This document shows, in pieces, positions 7,238 to 15,691 of a stretch of 23,306 nt of DNA. A program made the position numbers and the translations under genes. Origin of the DNA: Candidatus Acetothermia bacterium (lineage in GTDB: Bacteria; Bipolaricaulota; Bipolaricaulia; M55B111); contig JBKGZT010000018.1 in the NCBI GenBank assembly GCA_046543235.1, positions 1-23,306 of the forward strand. The letters are read 5' to 3'. Within the stretch, counting starts at the first letter, position 1; each line of letters starts with the position of its first letter. Under the pieces are notes generated by a model, which searched no databases, had not been told where the DNA came from, and was given only the letters and a program-made list of their open reading frames with translations.

Positions 7238-8652
7238 AGTTTTTCTGGGTAGCGATCAAAGGCTTTAAGGAGTTGGTTCGGGACCGCAAGGGTCTGGCAA
7301 TGTTGTTGGCTTTTCCCGCAGTCTTCATGCTGGTATTCGGCTTCGCTTTCAGCGGGGGGCAGGGGGGAAATACCCCCTATCAACTGGGAGTAGTTAACAG
7401 GGACGAGGGTGCGCGAGTCCAGTTAGCCGATTCGGAGGAGGAGAGGCAAAATTTTGGCGATCAACTTGTGGGGACGCTGGAGGACCTTACCTTTGAAGAA
7501 AGCGACGTTCCTCTCTTCGAAATCAGTCAGGTCGATAAAGAAGAGGGAGAGAGGATGTTGCGGGACAGGGAGCTGGCCGTTTTGCTTACGATACCCGGAG
7601 ACTTCTCGGGAGCCGTCGACCAGCTGATAAAAGCAACTGTCAGAAGAGAAGTGACCAGCAGGGTCGGGGAAACCGTGATCGATGAATTCAACAGGATACG
7701 GTCCGACTCCGAGTCCCCGCCTTCGATATCGGACTTCGAGGATTTCGACACTTCCGGAGGGCCTGATTTCTTTTCGGGGGAGAAAGCAGGAGAGCTTCCC
7801 GAACCGGAAGACCTTACTGCGAACCTCGTTATTACCGGTGATCCCGGCTATATAGCCTACGGTAGAGCCAGAGGTATACTGACCGGTGTTCTAGATCGTT
7901 ACCAGGAAGAGGTTACAGACAGAGTCCGGAAGGAAGTATCTGACGGGTTTGATTCGGACGATAGCCCGAAAGCTAGTTATATTGGAATTAACAGCGAGTC
8001 CATTTCCGGTTCGGAGGACCTGTCGATTTTCGACTATCAGGCCCCGGGAATATTGGTGTTTGCCGTATTGATTGCAGCTATCGGCGTGGCCACTTCTCTG
8101 GCGGGGGAAGTGGAGAACGGAACCCTGGAGAGGTTAAAGATAACCAGAATGAGTACGTTTGACCTCCTGTTTGGAACCCTGGTTCCCTGGAGCGCCATGG
8201 CGATAGTCCAGGTGCTGATACTGTTTGGCACAGCTTTGGCGATCGGGTTCAGCTGGGCCGGGGGTATTAATTCGCTTTTAATGGCGGTGCTGGTCGCGGG
8301 AATTGCCGGAATATCGTCCGTTGCGCTAGGCCTCCTGATCGCCGCGTTTGCCGATAGCGAGGACCACGCTAGCAACCTGGGAACCCTGGTTACGGTTCCT
8401 CTCAGCTTTATTTCCGGCGCCTTCTTTCCCCTTCCGAGCTTGCCCCTGGGAACGTTATTTGGGTATAAATTTGAACTTTACGACGTACTCCCCTGGTCAC
8501 ACGCCTCGAACACCCTGAGAACCCTGCTCGCATTCGGAGGGGGACCGAGTGATGTCCTTCTGGACGTTTTATTTATGTTTGGCTTAACAGTAGTTCTGTT
8601 TTTCGTCGGCGTCTTATTTTTCTCCCGCAACAGGCTGTCCGCGTCCAGATAG
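7234..8652 (+). CDS. ABC-2 exporter permease with a large extracytoplasmic loop
   Basis: KELVRDR plus first TM, about 230-aa loop, then five TM segments with EVENGTLERL and SGAFFPL. ATGA overlap with the ATPase. Confidence 0.9.
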   Translation: MKFFWVAIKGFKELVRDRKGLAMLLAFPAVFMLVFGFAFSGGQGGNTPYQLGVVNRDEGARVQLADSEEERQNFGDQLVGTLEDLTFEESDVPLFEISQVDKEEGERMLRDRELAVLLTIPGDFSGAVDQLIKATVRREVTSRVGETVIDEFNRIRSDSESPPSISDFEDFDTSGGPDFFSGEKAGELPEPEDLTANLVITGDPGYIAYGRARGILTGVLDRYQEEVTDRVRKEVSDGFDSDDSPKASYIGINSESISGSEDLSIFDYQAPGILVFAVLIAAIGVATSLAGEVENGTLERLKITRMSTFDLLFGTLVPWSAMAIVQVLILFGTALAIGFSWAGGINSLLMAVLVAGIAGISSVALGLLIAAFADSEDHASNLGTLVTVPLSFISGAFFPLPSLPLGTLFGYKFELYDVLPWSHASNTLRTLLAFGGGPSDVLLDVLFMFGLTVVLFFVGVLFFSRNRLSASR

Positions 8653-8713
8653 TGGGGCCGATCGGACCGGAAGTCCCTGACCCGAGCAATTCTTCGACGG
8701 AAGGAGGTAGAAG

Positions 8714-8890
8714 ATGAAAAAGATCACGATCGTACTGATTGCTTTTCTCGTCCTGTTATCGGCTCCGGCTCTCGGAGGGGAGATAGAAGTGGAGGTGGCC
8801 GAGATTCCGTCGAGGGAGGGCCGGATAGTCATTGGTCTCTACGAGGAAGATGGTTTCCCGGAAACCGGTGAAGAACTAAATCCAACTTAA
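8714..8890 (+). pseudogene. Truncated secreted protein, DUF2141-like N-terminus (58 aa)
   Basis: Not in the ORF track. Strong SD AAGGAGG, then MKKITIVLIAFLVLLSAPALG-GEIEVEVAEIPSREGRIVIGLYEEDGFPETGEELNPT*. A signal peptide is followed by a segment resembling the first strands of DUF2141, ending well short of a full domain. Confidence 0.55.
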
Positions 8891-8923
8891 ACTTGAAGAA
8901 ATATTCCAATAAGGTGATCTTAA

Positions 8924-10066
8924 ATGAAATACAGGAAGTTCGGAGAGCTGGACTGGCGTCCGTCAGCTCTTGGATTTGGAGCGATGAGGCTCCCTCTGCG
9001 AGGCGAGGGCGACGACCGGGGGGAAATTGACGAGGACAGGGCGAAGGATATGATTCGTTATGCCATAGACGAAGGGCTTAACTACGTCGACACCGCTTGG
9101 CCGTATCACGACGGTAAAAGCGAGGAATTCGTCGGAAGGGTACTATCCGACGGTTATCGTGAGAAGGTGAAGGTGGCGACAAAGTCCCCTTCCTGGTTGA
9201 TCGATGAACCTTCGGACCTGGATGAATACCTGGAAAAGCAGAGGGAGAGGCTGGGGGTCGAAAAAATCGATTTTTACTTGCTCCACGCTTTAAACCGGGA
9301 GTACTGGGAAAACTACAGGGAAATGGGCGTTTTCGACTGGATGGATAGGATACGGGAGGAGGAAAAGGTAGGACACTTGGGATTTTCCTTCCACGACGAC
9401 CTGGATCAGTTTAAGGAGATAGTCGATTCCTACGACTGGGACTTCTGCCAGATCCAGTACAACTACCTGGACAGGGATTTCCAGGCCGGAATGGAAGGAT
9501 TGAGATACGCGAACTCCAAAGGGATGGGGGTGGTGATCATGGAGCCGCTCCGGGGTGGGAAGCTGGCCGCGGAACCTCCCCGGGAGATAAAGGATTATTG
9601 GGAAGAGGCCGATGCGGAGAGGAGTCCGGTTGGCTGGGCCCTTAACTGGCTCTGGAGCCAGCCCGAAGTTTCCCTCGTGTTGAGCGGGATGAGCACCATA
9701 GAGCAGGTCAGAGAAAACGTGGAACTAGCAAAGAAGTCAAATGTAGGGAAGCTGAGCGAAGAGGAAATGGAACTAATGGAGAGGACCGCGGAGAAGTACA
9801 GGGAGCTCTCCCCCGTCGCCTGTACCGGCTGTAACTACTGCATGCCCTGCCCGAACGGCGTTCGAATACCAGGGAACTTTCAGCTTTATAACGACGCGGA
9901 GGTATACGACAGGTACGAAGAGAACGAGGAGGAGTATTTTAACCTGGACGATGGGGCCCGGGCAAGTGCCTGCATCGCCTGCGGTGAATGTGAGGAGGCA
10001 TGCCCCCAGAATTTGCCGATAATTAAGCTGCTGGAGGATGCAGCCGGCTATTTCGAAAGCAGCTAA
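8924..10066 (+). CDS. Aldo/keto reductase with C-terminal 4Fe-4S domain (COG1453-like)
   Basis: LGFGAMRLP, NYVDTAWPY, VATK, DFYLLH, GFSFH, QIQYNY, MEPLRGG, VLSGMS. C-terminal CTGCNYCMPCP and CIACGECEEACP. Confidence 0.93.
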   Translation: MKYRKFGELDWRPSALGFGAMRLPLRGEGDDRGEIDEDRAKDMIRYAIDEGLNYVDTAWPYHDGKSEEFVGRVLSDGYREKVKVATKSPSWLIDEPSDLDEYLEKQRERLGVEKIDFYLLHALNREYWENYREMGVFDWMDRIREEEKVGHLGFSFHDDLDQFKEIVDSYDWDFCQIQYNYLDRDFQAGMEGLRYANSKGMGVVIMEPLRGGKLAAEPPREIKDYWEEADAERSPVGWALNWLWSQPEVSLVLSGMSTIEQVRENVELAKKSNVGKLSEEEMELMERTAEKYRELSPVACTGCNYCMPCPNGVRIPGNFQLYNDAEVYDRYEENEEEYFNLDDGARASACIACGECEEACPQNLPIIKLLEDAAGYFESS

Positions 10067-10096
10067 CGTATCCGTTAGTTTCGAACAACAAAAACG

Positions 10097-10133
10097 ATCC
10101 CCACCCGGGCTGGATCGGAAGTCCGGGTGGGAT
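10097..10133. terminator. Hairpin between convergent genes, probable terminator
   Basis: CCCACCCGG...CCGGGTGGG inverted repeat. On the minus strand it is followed by a T-rich run (CGTTTTTGTTGTT). Confidence 0.65.
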
Positions 10134-10144
10134 AATAACTTGAA

Positions 10145-10615
10145 TTATTCCGTTCCGTATTCGAAGGTAGAAACTACCTCTCCTTCGGGATCAATCAGAC
10201 TGGCTTTACCTTCTTGATCATCCCAGACTTCATCTTGCGTCCAAGGTAGATCCTGCCAGCTGGCGTAGTAATCGCTAGAACCCGGACCGCTGTGGATCCT
10301 CATTACGCTGAGTGGGGGAATTGTAGTTTTACACTCGGATTCTTCGGTGAAATCAAATTCGGAATCCCCTTCATTGACCTTTAGAACGTATCCGCACAAA
10401 TCGATCTGCTCTCTAGAAAGGTTCAACAGGAGAACCGTTTCGTGCTCCCCCTCCCTGATGATTTCAACAATTGAAAGCCCTTTTTGGTGTTGATCGGCGG
10501 CCGATACAAAAGAAAACGTCGAGATAAGCAAGATCAACACGATAGCTAAACCGGCTAGCTCGATTCGTTTGTCCGTAAAACCGCCGCTGTTAGATCTGGT
10601 TTTAATTATAAGCAC
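10145..10615 (-). CDS. Exported stand-alone lamin-tail-domain (LTD) protein
   Basis: Hydrophobic signal segment, then E.V.L.N....IDLCGY.L, F.F, IHSG.G, L.W...VWDD...A.L.DPEG.VV...Y, matching the LTD pattern. Start position uncertain. Confidence 0.7.
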   Translation of the reverse strand: MLIIKTRSNSGGFTDKRIELAGLAIVLILLISTFSFVSAADQHQKGLSIVEIIREGEHETVLLLNLSREQIDLCGYVLKVNEGDSEFDFTEESECKTTIPPLSVMRIHSGPGSSDYYASWQDLPWTQDEVWDDQEGKASLIDPEGEVVSTFEYGTE

Positions 10616-10798
10616 CCCCTTGTTCTTGTACTATCAATCACTCTATCATATTCTAGCTTAGTTCAGTCTTGACTGCAAATAGTTATCGAAGGCAGTCTTC
10701 GGCAACCCATGGGGGTTTTGAACTCGAAAAATTCCGGACTATTCCTTAAATTTAATTTTAAGTACCAAAGTGATCGGTTATCTAAAGTGGTGAGGTTA

Positions 10799-12676
10799 GT
10801 GAAGACTAGGGCTTTTAAGAATCGCGGAGTGGATTTGGTCTACCTCCGTTCGATTTTCGCCGCCGCGGGGCTGGCATATCTAGTTTTCGGCTGGCTTTAT
10901 CGTACGTATCTCCCCGGTAGTTTTCCGATGCCGATGTCTCAACGGGTTGGTGCCTCCCTCTTTTTCTTCGCGATCATTGTACTTTCGTACTTAAGCGACC
11001 ACGCGAAGAAAAATCCTGAATTTTTAATGTACCTGGGTGTCTCCGGCGCGATTTCGCACCTGATCTATCTGGCATTTGTAAACGATTATCGACTGAACTA
11101 CGCCCTTAGCCTAATAGTCGTCATGCTAGTGGTGAACTTCTTGATGACAGGCGACCGGAAGCTGAAGTGGTTCAACGTTGCCGTAAGCGGGGGTGTTATT
11201 TCTACCTGGGTGTTGGGTGCGGATAGAACTTTCAGTGGAACTGCTTACCTGGTTTCGTTCGTCTTTATAAGCACGATTTCTTACCTCCTCAGCAGCGCAA
11301 AACTAAGGGCGAGGGAGGAGTACGAGCAACTCTTCCGCCAGTCCCCAGTCGGCCTCCTGAGAGCGGACCCCCAAGGGAGGATCAAGGACTACAACGACGA
11401 GTTTCTCGAGATGCTCGGCGACCCCTCGGAGGAGGACCTCGAAGGTATCGATGTCTTCGAGTTGCTGGGCCTCTCCCCGGAAGACGACCTGAAGGAGGCG
11501 AGCGAGGAGAACTACGTCAGCCTGCCCTGGGAGAAGGAGTTCTGGGTAAACTGTAACGTGAAACCGGTCTCGGGGAGTTCCGCCTCCGGTGACGTGATTC
11601 TGGCCTGTAATGATGTCTCGTTCAGGAAGGAAGCTGAAGAAAGGATAGAGCACGTGACGTTCCACGACGACCTTACCGGGCTACGTAACCGAACCTTCTA
11701 CAATCAGGTCGTCGACGACTTGAACAGAGAGGAGCGGTTTCCCTTCAGCATAATTTTTATAGACGTGGACAAGTTGAAGCTCGTAAACGACGCCTTTGGC
11801 CACAGCATGGGGGACGAGCTGTTGAAGAAGGTCTCCGAGGTAATTGAAGGCTCCTGCAGGGAGGAGGACCTCGTCTTCCGCTGGGGTGGAGACGAGATAG
11901 TGATATTGCTTCCCGATACCCGGGCCGAGGTAAGGAAGAAGGTCCGAGAACGGATCTGCGCTAGGATGCGGGAAGCGGAGTTCGAGCCGATAGACCTGCT
12001 GTTCTCCACAGGCGGCTCCACAGCGGAGAGGAAGATCAGGGACGAAAGCTTTGATTACCTGCTTCAGGAAGCGGAGGAGAGGATGTACGAGCGGAAGCTA
12101 GAGAGACAGAAGGAGGTCTCCCGAAAAGTACTGAGCACAATTATGGGCAGGCTGGAGGAGAGGTCCCCTTATGTCATTGATCACATGCGGAGAGTGGAAG
12201 AGATTTCGCTGGAGTTGGGGAAGGAGCTGGGGATGAAAGAGAGAGATCTAGAAGAACTCGGAAAGGCCGCGAGATACCACGATATAGGAAAAGTGGTTGA
12301 AGACCAAATTACACTGAAAAGATACCGCGGGGAACTGACCGACGAGGAGAGGGAGGAGCTAAAAAACCACTGTAACGTCGGTTATCAGATAGCCAGGGAG
12401 CTGGGCGTATTGAGTGGCGTCGCGCGGGTCATACTGCACCACCACGAGTGGTGGGATGGAAGCGGCTATCCCAGGGGTGTTGCCGGCGAGGAGATTCCTT
12501 ACGCGTCGAGGGTCATTTCCGTGGCCAATTTCTACGACTTGTTGACGTCTCCTCGGAACCCTGGGGAAAGGGGAGCCTCGAAGGAAGAAGCCCTCCAGGA
12601 GATCGGAGGGGCCGTCGGCAGCCGGTTCGATCCCGAGGTGACAGAAAGTTTCTTATCCATGGTTCGGGGTCGTTGA
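10799..12676 (+). CDS. Membrane-anchored PAS-GGDEF-HD-GYP c-di-GMP signalling protein
   Basis: About 6 N-terminal TM segments, PAS-like LFRQSPVG, HDDLTGLRNR, DVDKLKLVNDAFGHSMGD, RWGGDEI, then HDIGK and HHEWWDGSGYP. The in-frame GTG at 10799 after GGTGAGG is preferred over ATG 10709. Confidence 0.9.
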   Translation: MKTRAFKNRGVDLVYLRSIFAAAGLAYLVFGWLYRTYLPGSFPMPMSQRVGASLFFFAIIVLSYLSDHAKKNPEFLMYLGVSGAISHLIYLAFVNDYRLNYALSLIVVMLVVNFLMTGDRKLKWFNVAVSGGVISTWVLGADRTFSGTAYLVSFVFISTISYLLSSAKLRAREEYEQLFRQSPVGLLRADPQGRIKDYNDEFLEMLGDPSEEDLEGIDVFELLGLSPEDDLKEASEENYVSLPWEKEFWVNCNVKPVSGSSASGDVILACNDVSFRKEAEERIEHVTFHDDLTGLRNRTFYNQVVDDLNREERFPFSIIFIDVDKLKLVNDAFGHSMGDELLKKVSEVIEGSCREEDLVFRWGGDEIVILLPDTRAEVRKKVRERICARMREAEFEPIDLLFSTGGSTAERKIRDESFDYLLQEAEERMYERKLERQKEVSRKVLSTIMGRLEERSPYVIDHMRRVEEISLELGKELGMKERDLEELGKAARYHDIGKVVEDQITLKRYRGELTDEEREELKNHCNVGYQIARELGVLSGVARVILHHHEWWDGSGYPRGVAGEEIPYASRVISVANFYDLLTSPRNPGERGASKEEALQEIGGAVGSRFDPEVTESFLSMVRGR

Positions 12677-12729
12677 TCCTGATTTAATCCTGTAGTTTTC
12701 CAAACTCGCGGCTGTTTCGCTAATTCCGG

Positions 12730-14034
12730 TTAAAAACCCCTTACGTAATACCGGTGCTCGTCGAGGAACCTATCCAGCAGCTTTTTCCCCGTCTTTGGAA
12801 CAGGTACTATGTCGTCGAGGTCGAGTGCACGCAGCGCCTTCTCCCTGGACCCTTCTATCGCTGCTTCCGCGGACAGCTTCTGAATAATTCCCTCCCGGTG
12901 GGTCAGGCTGGCTATCCCGTCAGGGAGTTCTCCGAAGGAGAAACCGTTAATTCCGCCGTAGGTAACCACCGCCGGCACCTCGACCACCATATCGTCCGGC
13001 AGGTTAGGAATTTTACCGTCGTTGATCAGGTTTGCTCCGGAGAGGAAGACGTTTTCCTCCGTCCTCTCGCCTTCGATAATCCGCGTAAAGCTGGCATCAC
13101 CGAACGTATGGTGCTCATAGCCGGACAGCTCGGAGACGAAGCGTTCGACTTCGTACCCCCCGTCCTTAAGTCCTTCCATCCTTTCCTTCCACTTTTGCTC
13201 CTCTTCGAGGTGTCCGTCGAAATCATAACCACTGCAGTCGTTGAATTCCGGCGCGTAGCCGATGTATTCCCCGACGTGGCTGTCGTTTTCGTGGGGCCAG
13301 AGACCGTAAGTCCTGTAGAGGTGCCTTGAGAGGGGCTGCCAGTCCTCCTCTTCGGCCCTCCGTACCATCTCCGGATAGAGGTTCCGGCCGGTCTCCCTGT
13401 CGAATAGTTCGGTTATCCAGACCATGTGGTTTATTCCGGCACCCTCCAGGTGGATTCGTTCTCCCGGCAGGTCGAGAAGCTCCCCCAGATAGTGATCCCG
13501 GAAGTCCCAGTTTCCATCACAGTACCCGTAAGCCTTGAGGTCGGTGTAATGGTTTATGGCGTAGGCCAGCCTGTCTTCGGGGTTGGTGAAGATAATTGCC
13601 TTCGAGTTCGGTGCCAGCTCCTCGGCGTCCCTGCAAATATCCAGGACGAGCGGCGCAGTCCGGAGGGTATGTGATAGCCCCGCCGGCCCCCTGTTTTCGC
13701 CGAGAGTATGCTCGATCCCGAACTCCTTCAGTATCCGAAAATCCCTGCGCCAGCGGTCTATCCTATCCTCCTCAGCTGTAATTAACAGGTAATCAGTACC
13801 CGGCAGGGCCTCTTTCCGGTCCGTGTAAAGATCGACTTCAACCCCGGCCCGGAGGTGATCGTTCATTTTTTCCGTCGTCAGCCCGACTAGTTCCAGCATC
13901 TCCCTGTCGATATCCACCAGGTTTAGCTTCGACCCTTCGAGGGCCTCCGTTTCGAGGATGGAAAGGATGCTCGTCGGACCAAAGATCGCACTGCCGGCAC
14001 CGACCAACGTTATCTCTAACCTTTCTGCGTTCAC
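12730..14034 (-). CDS. Family 4 glycoside hydrolase (NAD+/metal-dependent)
   Basis: Rossmann motif LVGAGS, LVDID, EALPGTDY, GENRGPAG..TLRT, FTNP, conserved Cys in YCDG, AGINHMVW, H..EY, N.G.IPNLP...VVEVP. GTG start after AGGAGG. Confidence 0.92.
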   Translation of the reverse strand: MNAERLEITLVGAGSAIFGPTSILSILETEALEGSKLNLVDIDREMLELVGLTTEKMNDHLRAGVEVDLYTDRKEALPGTDYLLITAEEDRIDRWRRDFRILKEFGIEHTLGENRGPAGLSHTLRTAPLVLDICRDAEELAPNSKAIIFTNPEDRLAYAINHYTDLKAYGYCDGNWDFRDHYLGELLDLPGERIHLEGAGINHMVWITELFDRETGRNLYPEMVRRAEEEDWQPLSRHLYRTYGLWPHENDSHVGEYIGYAPEFNDCSGYDFDGHLEEEQKWKERMEGLKDGGYEVERFVSELSGYEHHTFGDASFTRIIEGERTEENVFLSGANLINDGKIPNLPDDMVVEVPAVVTYGGINGFSFGELPDGIASLTHREGIIQKLSAEAAIEGSREKALRALDLDDIVPVPKTGKKLLDRFLDEHRYYVRGF

Positions 14035-14072
14035 GTGAACCTCCTTGTTAAATAACTAAATACTGTTTGTGT

Positions 14073-15668
14073 CTATCGATCTATCCAGACCGGGCTTGAC
14101 CACGCCGTCTGTCCGTTTTTCTCCGATACACGTAGGTAGAGGTAGTTTCGCCCCTCTTCCAGCTCTTCGACCCGGAAACTACCTTTCGCTTTCCTTTCCT
14201 CTTCCGTGTTCGCCCGATGCAGCTTGATTTTCGGGGAGTTGAAGTAAAGTACGTCCTCGTTTAGAACATCTTCCCGTTGAATACCGGTATCGGATTCGAT
14301 TTTTCTCTCGGCGTATTCCTCGAGGGCTATTATCTCGCTTCTTGACCTCAATTCGGAGAGGCTTCTGCTGAAGCCGTACCCCTTGCCGCTGAAACTGAGC
14401 TCCGTTTCGGGTCCCCCATGGAGTTTGACTATCAGCGATTGCTTTAGTTCGGAATTTAGTTCGTTCCCGGACCGGTTTGTGGTGAGGTTCCAGCGTACTC
14501 GATCCTGACTCCAGTCGACTTCCTGGCCGAGCCTGGTAAAGCAGCGGTCGAGGCCTACTATACGGCCGTTTTGCACCTCGAGTTCACCCTGCCAGTTGAG
14601 TGCCCCCGCCGTAAGGCCGTAGTGTTCGGCCGGGCCCCAGCCGAGGTCGAACTTCATATTGTACCTGGAGGCCTCCTCAGGCTTCCTTTCCGTCAGGTGG
14701 TCATAGACGTCGGCCCTGGACCCGTTTACGAGGAGTTCCACTCGATCCAGCTGGTCGGGGCAGTTCACGGAGAAGTCGACGGAGGCTTCGTTCGCCCCCT
14801 TCAATACTTCGCCCATCGGCTCCCCGTTGACAAAAAAATGGAGCTCGATTCTATCGCCGGTTACACCGTATGTGCGACGGTTCTTCAACGCCTCGTAGAT
14901 GGCCTCTCGTGTCAGAGAATCCGCCCAGACCGCGGCAAGTCCGTTTCCGTATCCTCCTGGAAGACCGGGACCATCGTTACTTGCTATGGCTCCGACCCGA
15001 TAGCCTCTATCCAGTCCCTCCTGCCAGAGGGAACGTGTATGACCCGGTCCCATTGAGGGGTTGTTGTTCAGCTCTAACCGGGCCGGCTCAGTCACGGAGG
15101 AACCGTGGTAGCTAAAAATTTCGGCTACGGGCGAAAGTTCTTCGTCGAAGTGGTCCCAATCCTTGCCGCGCCGCCTCTTCTTGTAGCCTATGTGATGGGG
15201 GATAACCAGGGCCTTTTCCCCTTTCAGGTTTTCGTAAAGGTCCGGAAGGTCCGGTTCCGGATCCAGTTCGCCGCCGGATCCGAAGTAAATGACGTTGTTG
15301 TCGCCGTACCTCCTCCTGTTGCCATGCCACTCGTAACCCGCCATAGTGACGAATTCTCCGGGTCGGTTGTGGCGGGCGGCGGTTTCTTTTATCTTTCTCC
15401 ACCAGTCTTCGTACTCCTCCCTGTGTCCGGTCGATTCCACTAGGAGTTTTTTGCCCTCCTTTGCCCTCCCGAACTCGTCGCTAAGTTCCGAGGGTTGTCC
15501 GAGGTACTCCCTGTTGCCGCTGGAATCCTGTAGGTACCAGACGAACGGATAGCACAGGAGAGGGTAAAAGTCCAGGTTCTCGCTGGCGGATTCGACTATC
15601 TCGTCCGCGTTTTCCAGGTCCTGGAGGTGTTTGTGAAAGTCCCCCCAGTAAAGTTCTTTGTCTTTCAA
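14073..15668 (-). CDS. DUF3604/PHP-like putative metallohydrolase
   Basis: LYWGDFHKH, FVTMAGYEW, VIPHH, EIFSYHG, G.IASND, GLAAVWA..LTREAIYEALKNRRTYG.TG.RI, Y.YLRV...G..AWSSPVW. TTG start after AGGTGA. Confidence 0.75.
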   Translation of the reverse strand: MKDKELYWGDFHKHLQDLENADEIVESASENLDFYPLLCYPFVWYLQDSSGNREYLGQPSELSDEFGRAKEGKKLLVESTGHREEYEDWWRKIKETAARHNRPGEFVTMAGYEWHGNRRRYGDNNVIYFGSGGELDPEPDLPDLYENLKGEKALVIPHHIGYKKRRRGKDWDHFDEELSPVAEIFSYHGSSVTEPARLELNNNPSMGPGHTRSLWQEGLDRGYRVGAIASNDGPGLPGGYGNGLAAVWADSLTREAIYEALKNRRTYGVTGDRIELHFFVNGEPMGEVLKGANEASVDFSVNCPDQLDRVELLVNGSRADVYDHLTERKPEEASRYNMKFDLGWGPAEHYGLTAGALNWQGELEVQNGRIVGLDRCFTRLGQEVDWSQDRVRWNLTTNRSGNELNSELKQSLIVKLHGGPETELSFSGKGYGFSRSLSELRSRSEIIALEEYAERKIESDTGIQREDVLNEDVLYFNSPKIKLHRANTEEERKAKGSFRVEELEEGRNYLYLRVSEKNGQTAWSSPVWIDR

Positions 15669-15691
15669 ACTTTATCACCTTGAAGGTCCTT

